This document shows, one piece after another, positions 26,090-40,200 of a stretch of DNA of 64,000 nucleotides. This DNA comes from the human T2T-CHM13v2.0 reference genome, Homo sapiens. Under the pieces are notes generated by a model that was not told the origin of the DNA, did no database searches, and saw nothing but the letters and a program-made list of their open reading frames with translations. How positions within the stretch are numbered: the first letter of the stretch is position 1; each line of letters opens with the position of its first letter. The stretch lies in the NCBI RefSeq assembly GCF_009914755.1, contig NC_060926.1. One strand, 5' to 3'. The translations under genes were made by a program, and so were the position numbers.

Positions 26090-29000
26090 CTTTCAAGCCT
26101 ATGGTGAAAAAGGAAATATCTTCCCCTGAAAACTAGACAGAAGCATTCTCAGGAACTTATTTGTGATGTGCGCCCTCAACTAACAGTGTTGAAGCTTTCT
26201 TTTGATAGAGCAGTTTTGAAACACTCTTTTTGTGGAATCTGCAAGTGGATATTTGGATAGCTTTGAGGATTTCGTTGGAAACGGGATTGTCTTCATATAA
26301 ACTCTAGACAGAAGCATTCTCAGAAGCTTCATTGGGATGTTTCAATTGAAGTCACAGTGTTGAACAGTCCCTTTCGTAGAGCAGGTTTGAAACACTCTTT
26401 TTGTAATATCTGGAAGTGGAGATTTGGAGCGCTCTCAGGACTACGGTGAAAAAGGAAATATCTTCCAATAAAAGCTAGATAGAAGCAATGTCAGAAACTT
26501 TTTCATGATGTATCTACTCAGCTAACAGAGTTGAACCTTTTTTTTGAGAGAGCAGTTTTGAAACACTCTTTTTGTTGGATCTGCAGGTGGATATTTGTAT
26601 AGCTTTGAGGATTTCGTTTGAAACGGGATTACATATAAAAAGCAGACAGCAGCATTCCCAGAAACGTCTTTGTGATGTTTGCATTCAAGTCACAGAGTTG
26701 AACATTCCCTTTCATAGAGCAGGTTTGAAACACTCTTTTTGTAGTATCTGGATGTGGACATTTGGAGCGCTCTCAGGCCTATGGTGAAAAAGGAAATATC
26801 TTCGCCTGAAAACTAGACAGAAGCATTCTCAGAAACTTATTTGTGATGTGCGCCCTCAACTAACAGTGTTGAACCTTTCTTTTGATAGAGTAGTTTTGAA
26901 ACACTCTTTTTCTAAAATCTGCAAGAGGATATTTGGATAGCTTTGAGTATTTCGTTGGAAACGGGATTGTCTTCATATAAACTCTAGACAGTAGCATTCT
27001 GAGAAGCTTCATTGGGATGTTTCAATTGAAGTCACAGTGTTGAACAGTCCCTTTCATAGAGCAGGTTTGAAACACTCTTTTTGTAGCATCTTTAAGTGGA
27101 CATTTGGAGCGCTCTCAGGACTATGGTGAAAAAGGAAGTATCTTCCAATAAAAGCTAGATAGAAGCAATGTGAGAAACTTTTTCATGATGTATCTACTCA
27201 GCTAAAAGGGTTGAACCTTTCTTTTGAGAGAGCAGTTTTGAAACACTCTTTTTGTGGAATCTGCAAGTGGATATTTGTCTAGCTTTGAGGATTTCTTTGG
27301 AAACGGGATTACAAATAAAAAGCAGACAGCAGCATTCCCAGAAACTTCTTTGTGATGTTTGCATTCAAGTCACAGAGTTGAACATTCTCTTTCATAGAGC
27401 ATGTTTGAAACAATCTTTTTGTAGTATCTGGAAGTGGACATTTGGAGCGTTCTCAGGACTACGGTGAAAAAGGAAATATCTTCCAAATAAAGCTAGATAG
27501 AAGCAATGTCAGAAAATTTTTCATGATGTATCTACTCAGCTAACAGAGTTGAACCTTTCTTTTGACAGAGCAGTTTTGAAACACTCTTTTTGTGGAATCT
27601 GCAAGTGGATATTTGTCTAGCTTTGAGGATTTCGTTGGAAACGGGATTACATATAAAAAGCAGACAGCAGCATTCCCAGAAACATCTTTGTGATATTTGC
27701 ATTCAAGTCACAGACTGGAACATTCCCTTTCATAGAGCAGGTTTGAAACACTCTTTTTGTAGTATCTGGATGTGGACATTTGGAGCGCTTTCAGGCCTAT
27801 GGTGAAAAAGGAAATATCTTCCCCTGAAAACTAGACAGAAGCATTCTCAGAAACTTATTTGTGATGTGCGCCCTCAACTAACAGTGTTGAAGCTTTCTTT
27901 TGATAGAGCAGTTTTGAAACACTCTTTTTGTAAAATCTGCAAGAGGATATTTGGATAGCTTTGAGGATTTCGTTGGAAACGGGATTGTCTTCATATACAA
28001 TCTAGACAGAAGCATTCTCAGAAGCTTCATTGGGATGTTTCAATTGAAGTCACAGTGTTGAACAGTCCCTTTCGTAGAGCAGGTTTGAAACACTCTTTTT
28101 GTAATATGTTCAAGTGGAGATTTGGAGCGCTCTCAGGACTACGGTGAAAAAGGAAATATCTTCCAATAAAAGCTAGATAGAAGCAATGGCAGAAACTTTT
28201 TCATGATGTATCTACTCAGCTAACAGAGTTGAACCTTTTTTTTGAGAGAGCAGTTTTGAAACACTCTTTTCGTTGGATCTGCAGGTGGATATTTGTCTAG
28301 CTTTGAGGATTTCGTTGGAAACGGGATTACATATAAAAAGCATACAGCAGCATTCCCAGAAACTTCTTTGTGATGTTTGCATTCAAGTCACAGAGTTGAA
28401 CATTCCCTTTCATAGAGCAGGTTTGAAACACTCTTTTTGTAGTATCTGGATGTGGACATTTCGAGCGCTTTCAAGCCTATGGTGAAAAAGGAAATATCTT
28501 CCCCTGAAAACTAGACAGAAGCATTCTCAGGAACTTATTTGTGATGTGCGCCCTCAACTAACAGTGTTGAAGCTTTCTTTTGATAGAGCAGTTTTGAAAC
28601 ACTCTTTTTGTGGAATCTGCAAGTGGATATTTGGATAGCTTTGAGGATTTCGTTGGAAACGGGATTGTCTTCATATAAACTCTAGACAGAAGCATTCTCA
28701 GAAGCTTCATTGGGATGTTTCAATTGAAGTCACAGTGTTGAACAGTCCCTTTCGTAGAGCAGGTTTGAAACACTCTTTTTGTAATATCTGGAAGTGGAGA
28801 TTTGGAGCGCTCTCAGGACTACGGTGAAAAAGGAAATATCTTCCAATTAAAGCTAGATAGAAGCAATGTCAGAAACTTTTTCATGATGTATCTACTCAGC
28901 TAACAGAGTTGAACCTTTTTTTTGAGAGAGCAGTTTTGAAACACTCTTTTTGTTGGATCTGCAGGTGGATATTTGTATAGCTTTGAGGATTTCGTTTGAA

Positions 29001-30845
29001 ACGGGATTACATATAAAAAGCAGACAGCAGCATTCCCAGAAACTTCTTTGTGATGTTTGCATTCAAGTCACAGAGTTGAACATTCCCTTTCATAGAGCAG
29101 GTTTGAAACACTCTTTTTGTAGTATCTGGATGTGGACATTTGGAGCGCTCTCAGGCCTATGGTGAAAAAGGAAATATCTTCCCCTGAAAACTAGACAGAA
29201 GCATTCTCAGAAACTTATTTGTGATGTGCGCCCTCAACTAACAGTGTTGAACCTTTCTTTTGATAGAGTAGTTTTGAAACACTCTTTTTCTAAAATCTGC
29301 AAGAGGATATTTGGATAGCTTTGAGTATTTCGTTGGAAACGGGATTGTCTTCATATAAACTCTAGACAGTAGCATTCTGAGAAGCTTCATTGGGATGTTT
29401 CAATTGAAGTCACAGTGTTGAACAGTCCCTTTCATAGAGCAGGTTTGAAACACTCTTTTTGTAGCATCTTTAAGTGGACATTTGGAGCGCTCTCAGGACT
29501 ATGGTGAAAAAGGAAGTATCTTCCAATAAAAGCTAGATAGAAGCAATGTGAGAAACTTTTTCATGATGTATCTACTCAGCTAAAAGGGTTGAACCTTTCT
29601 TTTGAGAGAGCAGTTTTGAAACACTCTTTTTGTGGAATCTGCAAGTGGATATTTGTCTAGTTTTGAGGATTTCTTTGGAAACGGGATTACAAATAAAAAG
29701 CAGACAGCAGCATTCCCAGAAACTTCTTTGTGATGTTTGCATTCAAGTCACAGAGTTGAACATTCTCTTTCATAGAGCATGTTTGAAACAATCTTTTTGT
29801 AGTATCTGGAAGTGGACATTTGGAGCGTTCTCAGGACTACGGTGAAAAAGGAAATATCTTCCAAATAAAGCTAGATAGAAGCAATGTCAGAAAATTTTTC
29901 ATGATGTATCTACTCAGCTAACAGAGTTGAACCTTTCTTTTGACAGAGCAGTTTTGAAACACTCTTTTTGTGGAATCTGCAAGTGGATATTTGTCTAGCT
30001 TTGAGGATTTCGTTGGAAACGGGATTACATATAAAAAGCAGACAGCAGCATTCCCAGAAACATCTTTGTGATATTTGCATTCAAGTCACAGACTGGAACA
30101 TTCCCTTTCATAGAGCAGGTTTGAAACACTCTTTTTGTAGTATCTGGATGTGGACATTTGGAGCGCTTTCAGGCCTATGGTGAAAAAGGAAATATCTTCC
30201 CCTGAAAACTAGACAGAAGCATTCTCAGAAACTTATTTGTGATGTGCGCCCTCAACTAACAGTGTTGAAGCTTTCTTTTGATAGAGCAGTTTTGAAACAC
30301 TCTTTTTGTAAAATCTGCAAGAGGATATTTGGATAGCTTTGAGGATTTCGTTGGAAACGGGATTGTCTTCATATACAATCTAGACAGAAGCATTCTCAGA
30401 AGCTTCATTGGGATGTTTCAATTGAAGTCACAGTGTTGAACAGTCCCTTTCGTAGAGCAGGTTTGAAACACTCTTTTTGTAATATGTTCAAGTGGAGATT
30501 TGGAGCGCTCTCAGGACTACGGTGAAAAAGGAAATATCTTCCAATAAAAGCTAGATAGAAGCAATGGCAGAAACTTTTTCATGATGTATCTACTCAGCTA
30601 ACAGAGTTGAACCTTTTTTTTGAGAGAGCAGTTTTGAAACACTCTTTTTGTTGGATCTGCAGGTGGATATTTGTCTAGCTTTGAGGATTTCGTTGGAAAC
30701 GGGATTACATATAAAAAGCAGACAGCAGCATTCCCAGAAACTTCTTTGTGATGTTTGCATTCAAGTCACAGAGTTGAACATTCTCTTTCATAGAGCAGGT
30801 TTGAAACACTCTTTTTGTAGTATCTGGATGTGGACATTTGGAGCG
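26090..30845 (+). repeat. Tandem duplication of a 2378-bp 14-mer containing an m1/3-m4 2-mer (27333-27670 and 29711-30048)
   Basis: ORF pairs 26572/28950, 27252/29630 and 27590/29968 are all offset by 2378 and share private variants. Confidence 0.9.
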
Positions 30846-33800
30846 CTCTCAGGCCTATGGTGAAAAAGGAAATATCTTCCCCTGAAAACTAGACAGAAGC
30901 ATTCTCAGAAACTTATTTGTGATGTGCGCCGTTAATTAACAGTGTTGAACCTTTCTTTTGATAGAGTAGTTTTGAAACACTCTTTTTGTAAAATCTGCAA
31001 GAGGATATTTGGATAGCTTTGAGTATTTCGTTGGAAACGGGATTGTCTTCATATAAACTCTAGACAGTAGCATTCTGAGAAGCTTCATTGGGATGTTTCA
31101 ATTGAAGTCACAGTGTTGAGCAGTCCCTTTCATAGAGCAGGTTTGAAACACTCTTTTTGTAGCATCTGCAAGTGGACATTTGGAGCGCTCTCAGGACTAC
31201 GGTGAAAAAGGAAATATCTTCAAATAAAAGCTAGATAGAAGCAATGTGAGAAACTTTTTCATGATGTATCTACTCAGCTAAAAGAGTTGAACCTTTCTTT
31301 TGAGAGAGCAGTTTTGAAACACTCTTTTTGTGGAATCTGCAAGTGGATATTTGTCTAGCTTTGAGGATTTCGTTGGAAACGGGATTACATATAAAAAGCA
31401 GACAGCAGCATTCCCAGAAACTTCTTTGTGATGTTTGCATTCAAGTCACAGAGTTGAACAATCCCTTTCATAGAGCAGGTTTGAAACACTCTTTTTGTAG
31501 TATCTGGATGTGGACATTTGGAGCGCTTTCAGGCCTATGGTGAAAAAGGAAATATCTTCCCCTGAAAACTAGACAGAAGCATTCTCAGAAACTTATTTGT
31601 GATGTGCGCCCTCAACTAACAGTGTTGAAGCTTTCTTTTGATAGAGCAGTTTTGAAACACTCTTTTTGTAAAATCTGCAAGAGGATATTTGGATAGCTTT
31701 GAGGATTTCGTTGGAAACGGGATTGTCTTCATATACAATCTTGACAGAAGCATTCTCAGAAGCTTCGTTGGGATGTTTCAATTGAAGTCACAGTATTGAA
31801 CAGTCCCTTTCGTAGAGCAGGTTTGAAACACTCTTTTTGTAATATCTGGAAGTGGACATTTGGAGCGTTCTCAGGACTATGGTGAAAAAGGAAATATCTT
31901 CCAATAAAAGCTAGATAGAAGCAATGTCAGAAACTTTTTCATGATGTATCTACTCAGCTAGCAGAGTTGAACCATTCTTTTGAGAGAGCCGTTTTGAAAC
32001 ACTCTTTTTGTTCGATCTGCAGGTGGATATTTGTCTAGCTTTGAGGATATCGTTGGAAACGGGATTACATATAAAAAGCAGACAGCAGCATTCCCAGAAA
32101 CTTCTTTGTGATGTTTGCATTCAAGTCACAGAGTTGAACATTCCCTTTCATAGAGCAGGTTTGAAACACTCTTTTTGTAGTATCTGGATGTGGACATTTG
32201 GAGCGCTTTCAGGCCTATGGTGAAAAAGGAAATATCTTCCCCTGAAAACTAGACAGAAGCATTCTCAGAAACTTATTTGTGATGTGCGCCCTCAACTAAC
32301 AGTGTTAAACCTTTCTTTTGATAGAGGAGTTTTGAAACACTCTTTTTGTAAAATCTGCAAGAGGATATTTGGATAGCTTTGAGGATTTCGTTGGAAACGG
32401 GATTCTCTTCATATTAACCCTAGACAGTAGCATTCTCAGAAGGTTCATTGGGATGTTTCAATTGAAGTCACAGTGTTGAACAGTCACTTTTATAGAGCAG
32501 GTTTGAAACACTCTTTTTGTAGCATCTGGAAGTGGACATTTGGAGCGCTCTCAGGACTACGGTGAAAAAGGAAATATCTTCCAATAAAAGCTAGATAGAA
32601 GCAATGTCAGAAACTTTTTCATGATGTATCTACTCAGCTAAAAGAGTTGAACCTTTCTTTTGTGAGAGCAGTTTTGAAACACTATTTTTGTGGAATCTGC
32701 AAGTGGATATTTGTCTAGCTTTGAGGATTTCGTTGGAAACGGGATTACATATAGAAAGCAGACAGCAGCGTTCCCAGAAACTTCTTTGTGAAATTTGCAT
32801 TCAAGTCACAGACTTCAGCATTCCCTTTCATAGAGCAGGTTTGAAACACTCTTTTTGTAGTATCTGGATGTGGACGTTTGGAGCGCTTTCAGGCCTATGG
32901 TGAAAAAGGAAATATCTTCCCCTGAAAACTATACAGAAGCATTCTCAGAAACTTATTTGTGATGTGCGCCCTCAACTAACAGTGTTGAACCTTTCTTTTG
33001 ATAGAGCAGTTTTGAAACACTCTTTTTGTAAAATCTGCAAGAGGATATTTGGATAGCTTTGAGGATTTCGTTGGAAACGGGATTGTCTTCATATACAATC
33101 TAGACAGAAGCATTCTCAGAAGCTTCATTGGGATGTTTCAATTGAAGTCACAGTGTTGAACAGTCCCTTTCGTAGAGCAGGTTTGAAACACTCTTTTTGT
33201 AATATGTTCAAGTGGAGATTTGGAGCGCTCTCAGGACTACGGTGAAAAAGGAAATATCTTCCAATAAAAGCTAGATAGAAGCAATGTCAGAAACTTTTTC
33301 ATGATGTATCTACTCAGCTAACAGAGTTGAACCTTCCTTTGAGAGAGCAGTTTTGAAACACTCTTTTTGTTGGATCTGCAGGTGGATATTTGTCTAGCTT
33401 TGAGGATTTCGTTGGAAACGGGATTACATATAAAAAGCAGACAGCAGCATTCCCAGAAACTTCTTTGTGATGTTTGCATTCAAGTCACAGAGTTGAACAT
33501 TCCCTTTCATAGAGCAGGTTTGAAACACTCTTTTTGTAGTATCTGGATGTGGACATTTGGAGCGCTTTCAGGCCTATGGTGAAAAAGGAAATATCTTCCC
33601 CTGAAAACTAGACAGAAGCATTCTCAGAAACTTATTTGTGATGTGCGCCCTCAACTAACAGTGTTAAACCTTTCTTTTGATAGAGGAGTTTTGAAACACT
33701 CTTTTTGTAAAATCTGCAAGAGGATATTTGGATAGCTTTGAGGATTTCGTTGGAAACGGGATTCTCTTCATATTAACCCTAGACAGTAGCATTCTCAGAA

Positions 33801-36800
33801 GGTTCATTGGGATGTTTCAATTGAAGTCACAGTGTTGAACAGTCACTTTTATAGAGCAGGTTTGAAACACTCTTTTTGTAGCATCTGGAAGTGGACATTT
33901 GGAGCGCTCTCAGGACTACGGTGAAAAAGGAAATATCTTCCAATAAAAGCTAGATAGAAGCAATGTCAGAAACTTTTTCATGATGTATCTACTCAGCTAA
34001 AAGAGTTGAACCTTTCTTTTGTGAGAGCAGTTTTGAAACACTATTTTTGTGGAATCTGCAAGTGGATATTTGTCTAGCTTTGAGGATTTCGTTGGAAACG
34101 GGATTACATATAGAAAGCAGACAGCAGCGTTCCCAGAAACTTCTTTGTGAAATTTGCATTCAAGTCACAGACTTCAGCATTCCCTTTCATAGAGCAGGTT
34201 TGAAACACTCTTTTTGTAGTATCTGGATGTGGACGTTTGGAGCGCTTTCAGGCCTATGGTGAAAAAGGAAATATCTTCCCCTGAAAACTATACAGAAGCA
34301 TTCTCAGAAACTTATTTGTGATGTGCGCCGTCAACTAACAGTGTTGAACCTTTCTTTTGATAGAGTAGTTTTGAAACACTCTTTTTGTAAAATCTGCAAG
34401 AGGATATTTGGATAGCTTTGAGTATTTCGTTGGAAACGGGATTGTCTTCATATAAACTCTAGACAGTAGCATTCTGAGAAGCTTCATTGGGATGTTTCAA
34501 TTGAAGTCACAGTGTTGAACAGTCCCTTTCATAGAGCAGGTTTGAAACACTCTTTTTGTAGCATCTGCAAGTGGACATTTGGAGCGCTCTCAGGACTACG
34601 GTGAAAAAGGAAATATCTTCAAATAAAAGCTAGATAGAAGCAATGTGAGAAACTTTTTCATGATGTATCTACTCAGCTAAAAGAGTTGAACCTTTCTTTT
34701 GAGAGAGCAGTTTTGAAACACTCTTTTTGTGGAATCTGCAAGTGGATATTTGTCTAGCTTTGAGGATTTCTTTGGAAACGGGACTACATATAAAAAGCAG
34801 ACAGCAGCATTCCCAGAAACTTCTTTGTGATGTTTGCATTCAAGTCACAGAGTTGAACAATCCCTTTCATAGAGCAGGTTTGAAACACTCTTTTTGTAGT
34901 ATCTGGATGTGGACATTTGGAGCGCTCTCAGGCCTATGGTGAAAAAGGAAATATCTTCCCCTGAAAACTAGACAGAAGCATTCTCAGAAACTTATTTGTG
35001 ATGTGCGCCCTCAACTAACAGTGTTGAACTTTTCTTTTGATAGAGCAGTTTTGAAACACACTTTTTGTAAAATCTGCAAGAGGATATTTGGATAGCTTTG
35101 AGGATTTCGTTGGAAACGGGATTGTCTTCATATAAAATCTAGACAGAAGCATTCTCAGAAGCTTCATTGGGATGTTTCAATTGAAGTCACAGTGTTGAAC
35201 AGTCCCTTTCATAGAGCATGTTTGAAACAATCTTTTTGTAGTATCTGGAAGTGGACATTTGGAGCGCTCTCAGGACTACGGTGAAAAAGGAAATATCTTC
35301 CAAATAAAGCTAGATAGAAGCAATGTCACAAAATTTTTCATGATGTATCTATTCAGCTAACAGAGTTGAACCTTTCTTTTGACAGAGCAGTTTTGAAACA
35401 CTCTTTTTGTGGAATCTGCAAGTGGATATTTGTCTAGCTTTGAGGATTTCGTTGGAAACGGGATTACATATAAAAAGCAGAAAGCAGCATTCCCAGAAAC
35501 TTCTTTGTGATATTTGCATTCAAGTCACAGACTTGAACATTCCCTTTCATAGAGCAGGTTTGAAACACTCTTTTTGTAGTATCTGGATGTGGACATTTGG
35601 AGCGCTTTCAGGCCTATGGTGAAAAAGGAAATATCTTCCCCTGAAAACTAGACAGAAGCATTCTCAGAAACTTATTTGTGATGTGCGCCCTCAACTAACA
35701 GTGTTGAAGCTTTCTTTTGATAGAGCAGTTTTGAAACACTCTTTTTGTAAAATCTGCAAGAGGATATTTGGATAGCTTTGAGGATTTCGTTGGAAACGGG
35801 ATTGTCTTCATATACAATCTTGACAGAAGCATTCTCAGAAGCTTCGTTGGGATGTTTCAATTGAAGTCACAGTGTTGAACAGTCCCTTTCGTAGAGCAGG
35901 TTTGAAACACTCTTTTTGTAATATCTGGAAGTGGACATTTGGAGCGTTCTCAGGACTATGGTGAAAAAGGAAATATCTTCCAATAAAAGCTAGATAGAAG
36001 CAATGTCAGAAACTTTTTCATGATGTATCTACTCAGCTAGCAGAGTTGAACCATTCTTTTGAGAGAGCCGTTTTGAAACACTCTTTTTGTTCGATCTGCA
36101 GGTGGATATTTGTCTAGCTTTGAGGATATCGTTGGAAACGGGATTACATATAAAAAGCAGACAGCAGCATTCCCAGAAACTTCTTTGTGATGTTTGCATT
36201 CAAGTCACAGAGTTGAACATTCCCTTTCATAGAGCAGGTTTGAAACACTCTTTTTGTAGTATCTGGATGTGGACATTTGGAGCGCTTTCAGGCCTATGGT
36301 GAAAAAGGAAATATCTTCCCCTGAAAACTAGACAGAAGCATTCTCAGAAACTTATTTGTGATGTGCGCCCTCAACTAACAGTGTTAAACCTTTCTTTTGA
36401 TAGAGGAGTTTTGAAACACTCTTTTTGTAAAATCTGCAAGAGGATATTTGGATAGCTTTGAGGATTTCGTTGGAAACGGGATTGTCTTCCTATTAACCCT
36501 AGACAGTAGCATTCTCAGAAGGTTCATTGGGATGTTTCAATTGAAGTCACAGTGTTGAACAGTCACTTTTATAGAGCAGGTTTGAAACACTCTTTTTGTA
36601 GCATCTGGAAGTGGACATTTGGAGCGCTCTCAGGACTACGGTGAAAAAGGAAATATCTTCCAATAAAAGCTAGATAGAAGCAATGTCAGAAACTTTTTCA
36701 TGATGTATCTACTCAGCTAAAAGAGTTGAACCTTTCTTTTGTGAGAGCAGTTTTGAAACACTATTTTTGTGGAATCTGCAAGTGGATATTTGTCTAGCTT

Positions 36801-37249
36801 TGAGGATTTCGTTGGAAACGGGATTACATATAGAAAGCAGACAGCAGCATTCCCAGAAACTCCTTTGTGAAATTTGCATTCAAGTCACAGACTTGAGCAT
36901 TCCCTTTCATAGAGCAGGTTTGAAACACTCTTTTTGTAGTATCTGGATGTGGACGTTTGGAGCGCTTTCAGGCCTATGGTGAAAAAGGAAATATCTTCCC
37001 CTGAAAACTATACAGAAGCATTCTCAGAAACTTATTTGTGATGTGCGCCCTCAACTAACAGTGTTGAAGCTTTCTTTTGATAGAGCAGTTTTGAAACACT
37101 CTTTTTGTAAAATCTGCAAGAGGATATTTGGATAGCTTTGAGGATTTCGTTGGAAACGGGATTGTCTTCATATACAATCTAGACAGAAGCATTCTCAGAA
37201 GCTTCATTGGGATGTTTCAATTGAAGTCACAGTGTTGAACAGTCCCTTT

Positions 37250-40200
37250 CGTAGAGCAGGTTTGAAACACTCTTTTTGTAATATCTGGAAGTGGACATTT
37301 GGAGCGTTCTCAGCACTATGGTGAAAAAGGAAATATCTTCCAATAAAAGCTAGATAGAAGCAATGTCAGAATCTTTTTCATGATGTATCTACTCAGCTAA
37401 CAGAGTTGAACCTTTCTTTTGAGAGAGCCGTTTTGAAACACTCTTTTTGTGGAATCTGCAAGTGGATATTTGTCTAGCTTTGAGGATTTCGTTGGAAACG
37501 GGATTACATATAAAAAGCAGACAGCAGCATTCCCAGAAACTTCTTTGTGATGTTTGCATTCAAGTCACAGAGTTGAACATTCCCTTTCATAGAGCAGGTC
37601 TTAAACACTCTTTTTGTAGTATCTGAATGTGGACATTTGGAGCGCTTTCAGGCCTATGGTGAAAAAGGAAATATCTTCCCCTGAAAACTAGACAGAAGCG
37701 TTCTCAGAAACTTATTTGTGATGTGCGCCCTCAACTAACAGTGTTAAACCTTTCTTTTGATAGAGTAGTTTTGAAACACTCTTTGTAAAATCTGCAAGAG
37801 GATATTTTGATAGCTTTGAGGATTTCTTTGGAAACGGGATTGTCTGCATATAAAATCTAGACAGAAGCATTCTCAGAAGCTTCATTGGGATGTTTCAATT
37901 GAAGTCACAGTGTTGAACAGTCCCTTTCATAGAGCATGTTTGAAACACTCTTTTTGTAGTATCTGGAAGTTGACATTTGGAGCGTTTTCAGGACTACGGT
38001 GAAAAAGGAAATATCTTCCAAATAAAGCTAGATAGAAGAAATGTCAGAAAATTTTTCATGATGTATCTACTCAGCTAAAAGAGTTGAACCTTTCTTTTGT
38101 GAGAGCAGTTTTGAAACACTCTTTTTGTGGAATCTGCAAGTGGATATTTGTCTAGCTTTGAGGATTTCGTTGGAAACGGGATTACATATAAAAAGCAGAC
38201 AGCAGCATTCCCAGAAACTTCTTTGTGATGTTTGCATTCAAGTCACAGAGTTGAACATTCCCTTTCATAGAGCAGGTTTGAAACACTCTTTTTGTAGTAT
38301 CTGGATGTGCACATTTGGAGCGCTTTCAGGCCTATGGTGAAAAAGGAAATATCTTTCCCTGAAAACTAGACAGAAGCATTCTCAGAAACTTATTTGTGAT
38401 GTGCACCCTCAACTAACAGTGTTGAAGCTTTCTTTTGACAGAGCAGTTTGAAACACTCTTTTTGTAAAATCTGCAAGAGGATATTTGGATTGCTTTGAGG
38501 ATTTCGGTGGAAATGGGATTGTCTTCATATAAACTCTAGACAGTAGCATTCTCAGAAGCTTCATTGGGATGTTTCAATTGAAGTCACAGTGTTGAACAGT
38601 CCCTTTCATAGAGCAGGTTTGAAACACTCTTTTTGTAGTATCTGGAAGTGGACATTTGGAGCGCTCTCAGGACTACGGTGAAAAAGGAAATATCTTCCAA
38701 TAAAAGCTAGATAGAAGCAATGTCAGAAACTTTTTCATGATGTATCTACTCAGCTAACAGAGTTGAACCTTTTTTTTGAGAGAGCAGTTTTGAAACACTC
38801 TTTTTGTTCGATCTGCAGGTGGATATTTGTCTAGGTTTGAGGATTTCGTTGGAAACGGGATTACATATAAAAAGCAGACAGCAGCATTCCCAGAAACTTC
38901 TTTGTGATGTTTGCATTCAAGTCACAGAGTTGAACATTCCCTTTCATAGAGCAGGTTTGAAACACTCTTTTTGTAGTATCTGGATGTGGACATTTGGAGC
39001 GCTCTCAGGCCTATGGTGAAAAAGGAAATATCTTCCCCTGCAAACTAGACAGAAGCATTCTCAGAAACTTATTTGTGATGTGCGCCCTGAACTAACAATG
39101 TTGAACCTTTCTGTTGATAGAGTAGTTTTGAAACACTCTTTTTGTAAAATCTGCAAGAGGATATTTGGATAGCTTTGAGGATTTCGTTGGAAACGGGATT
39201 GTCTTCATATTAACCCTAGACAGTAGCATTCTCAGAAGGTTCATTGGGATGTTTCAATTGAAGTCACAGTGTTGAACAGTCACTTTCATAGAGCAGGTTT
39301 GAAACACTCTTTTTGTAGCATCTGGAAGTGGACATTTGGAGCGCTCTCAGGACTACGGTGAAAAAGGAAATATCTTCCAATAAAAGCTAGATAGAAGCAA
39401 TGTCAGAAACTTTTTCATGATGTATCTACTCAGCTAAAAGAGTTGAACCTTTCTTTTGTGAGAGCAGTTTTGAAACACTATTTTTGTGGAATCTGCAAGT
39501 GGATATTTGTCTAGCTTTGAGGATTTCGTTGGAAACGGGATTACATATAAAAAGCAGACAGCAGCATTCCCAGAAACTTCTTTGTGAAATTTGCATTCAA
39601 GTCACAGACTTGAACATTCCCTTTCATAGAGCAGGTTTGAAACACTCTTTTTGTAGTATCTGGATGTGGACGTTTGGAGCGCTTTCAGGCCTATGGTGAA
39701 AAAGGAAATATCTTCCCCTGAAAACTATACAGAAGCATTCTCAGAAACTTATTTGTGATGTGCGCCCTCAACTAACAGTGTTGAACCTTTCTTTTGATAG
39801 AGCAGTTTTGAAACACTCTTTTTGTAAAATCTGCAAGAGGATATTTGGATAGCTTTGAGGATTTCGTTGGAAACGGGATTGTCTTCATATAGAATCTAGA
39901 CAGAAGCATTCTCAGAAGCTTCATTCAGATGTTTCAATTGAAGTCACAGTGTTGAACAGTCCCTTTCATAGAGCATGTTTGAAACACTCTTTTTGTAGTA
40001 TCTGGAAGTGGACATTTGGAGCGTTCTCAGGACTACAGTGAAAAAGGAAATATCTTCCAATAAAAGCTAGATAGAAGCAATGTCAGAAAATTTTTCATGA
40101 TGTATCTACTCAGCTAACAGAGTTGAACCTTTCTTTGGAGAGAGTAGTTTTGAAACACTCTTTTTGTGGAATCTGCAAGTGGATATTTGTGTAGTTTTGA

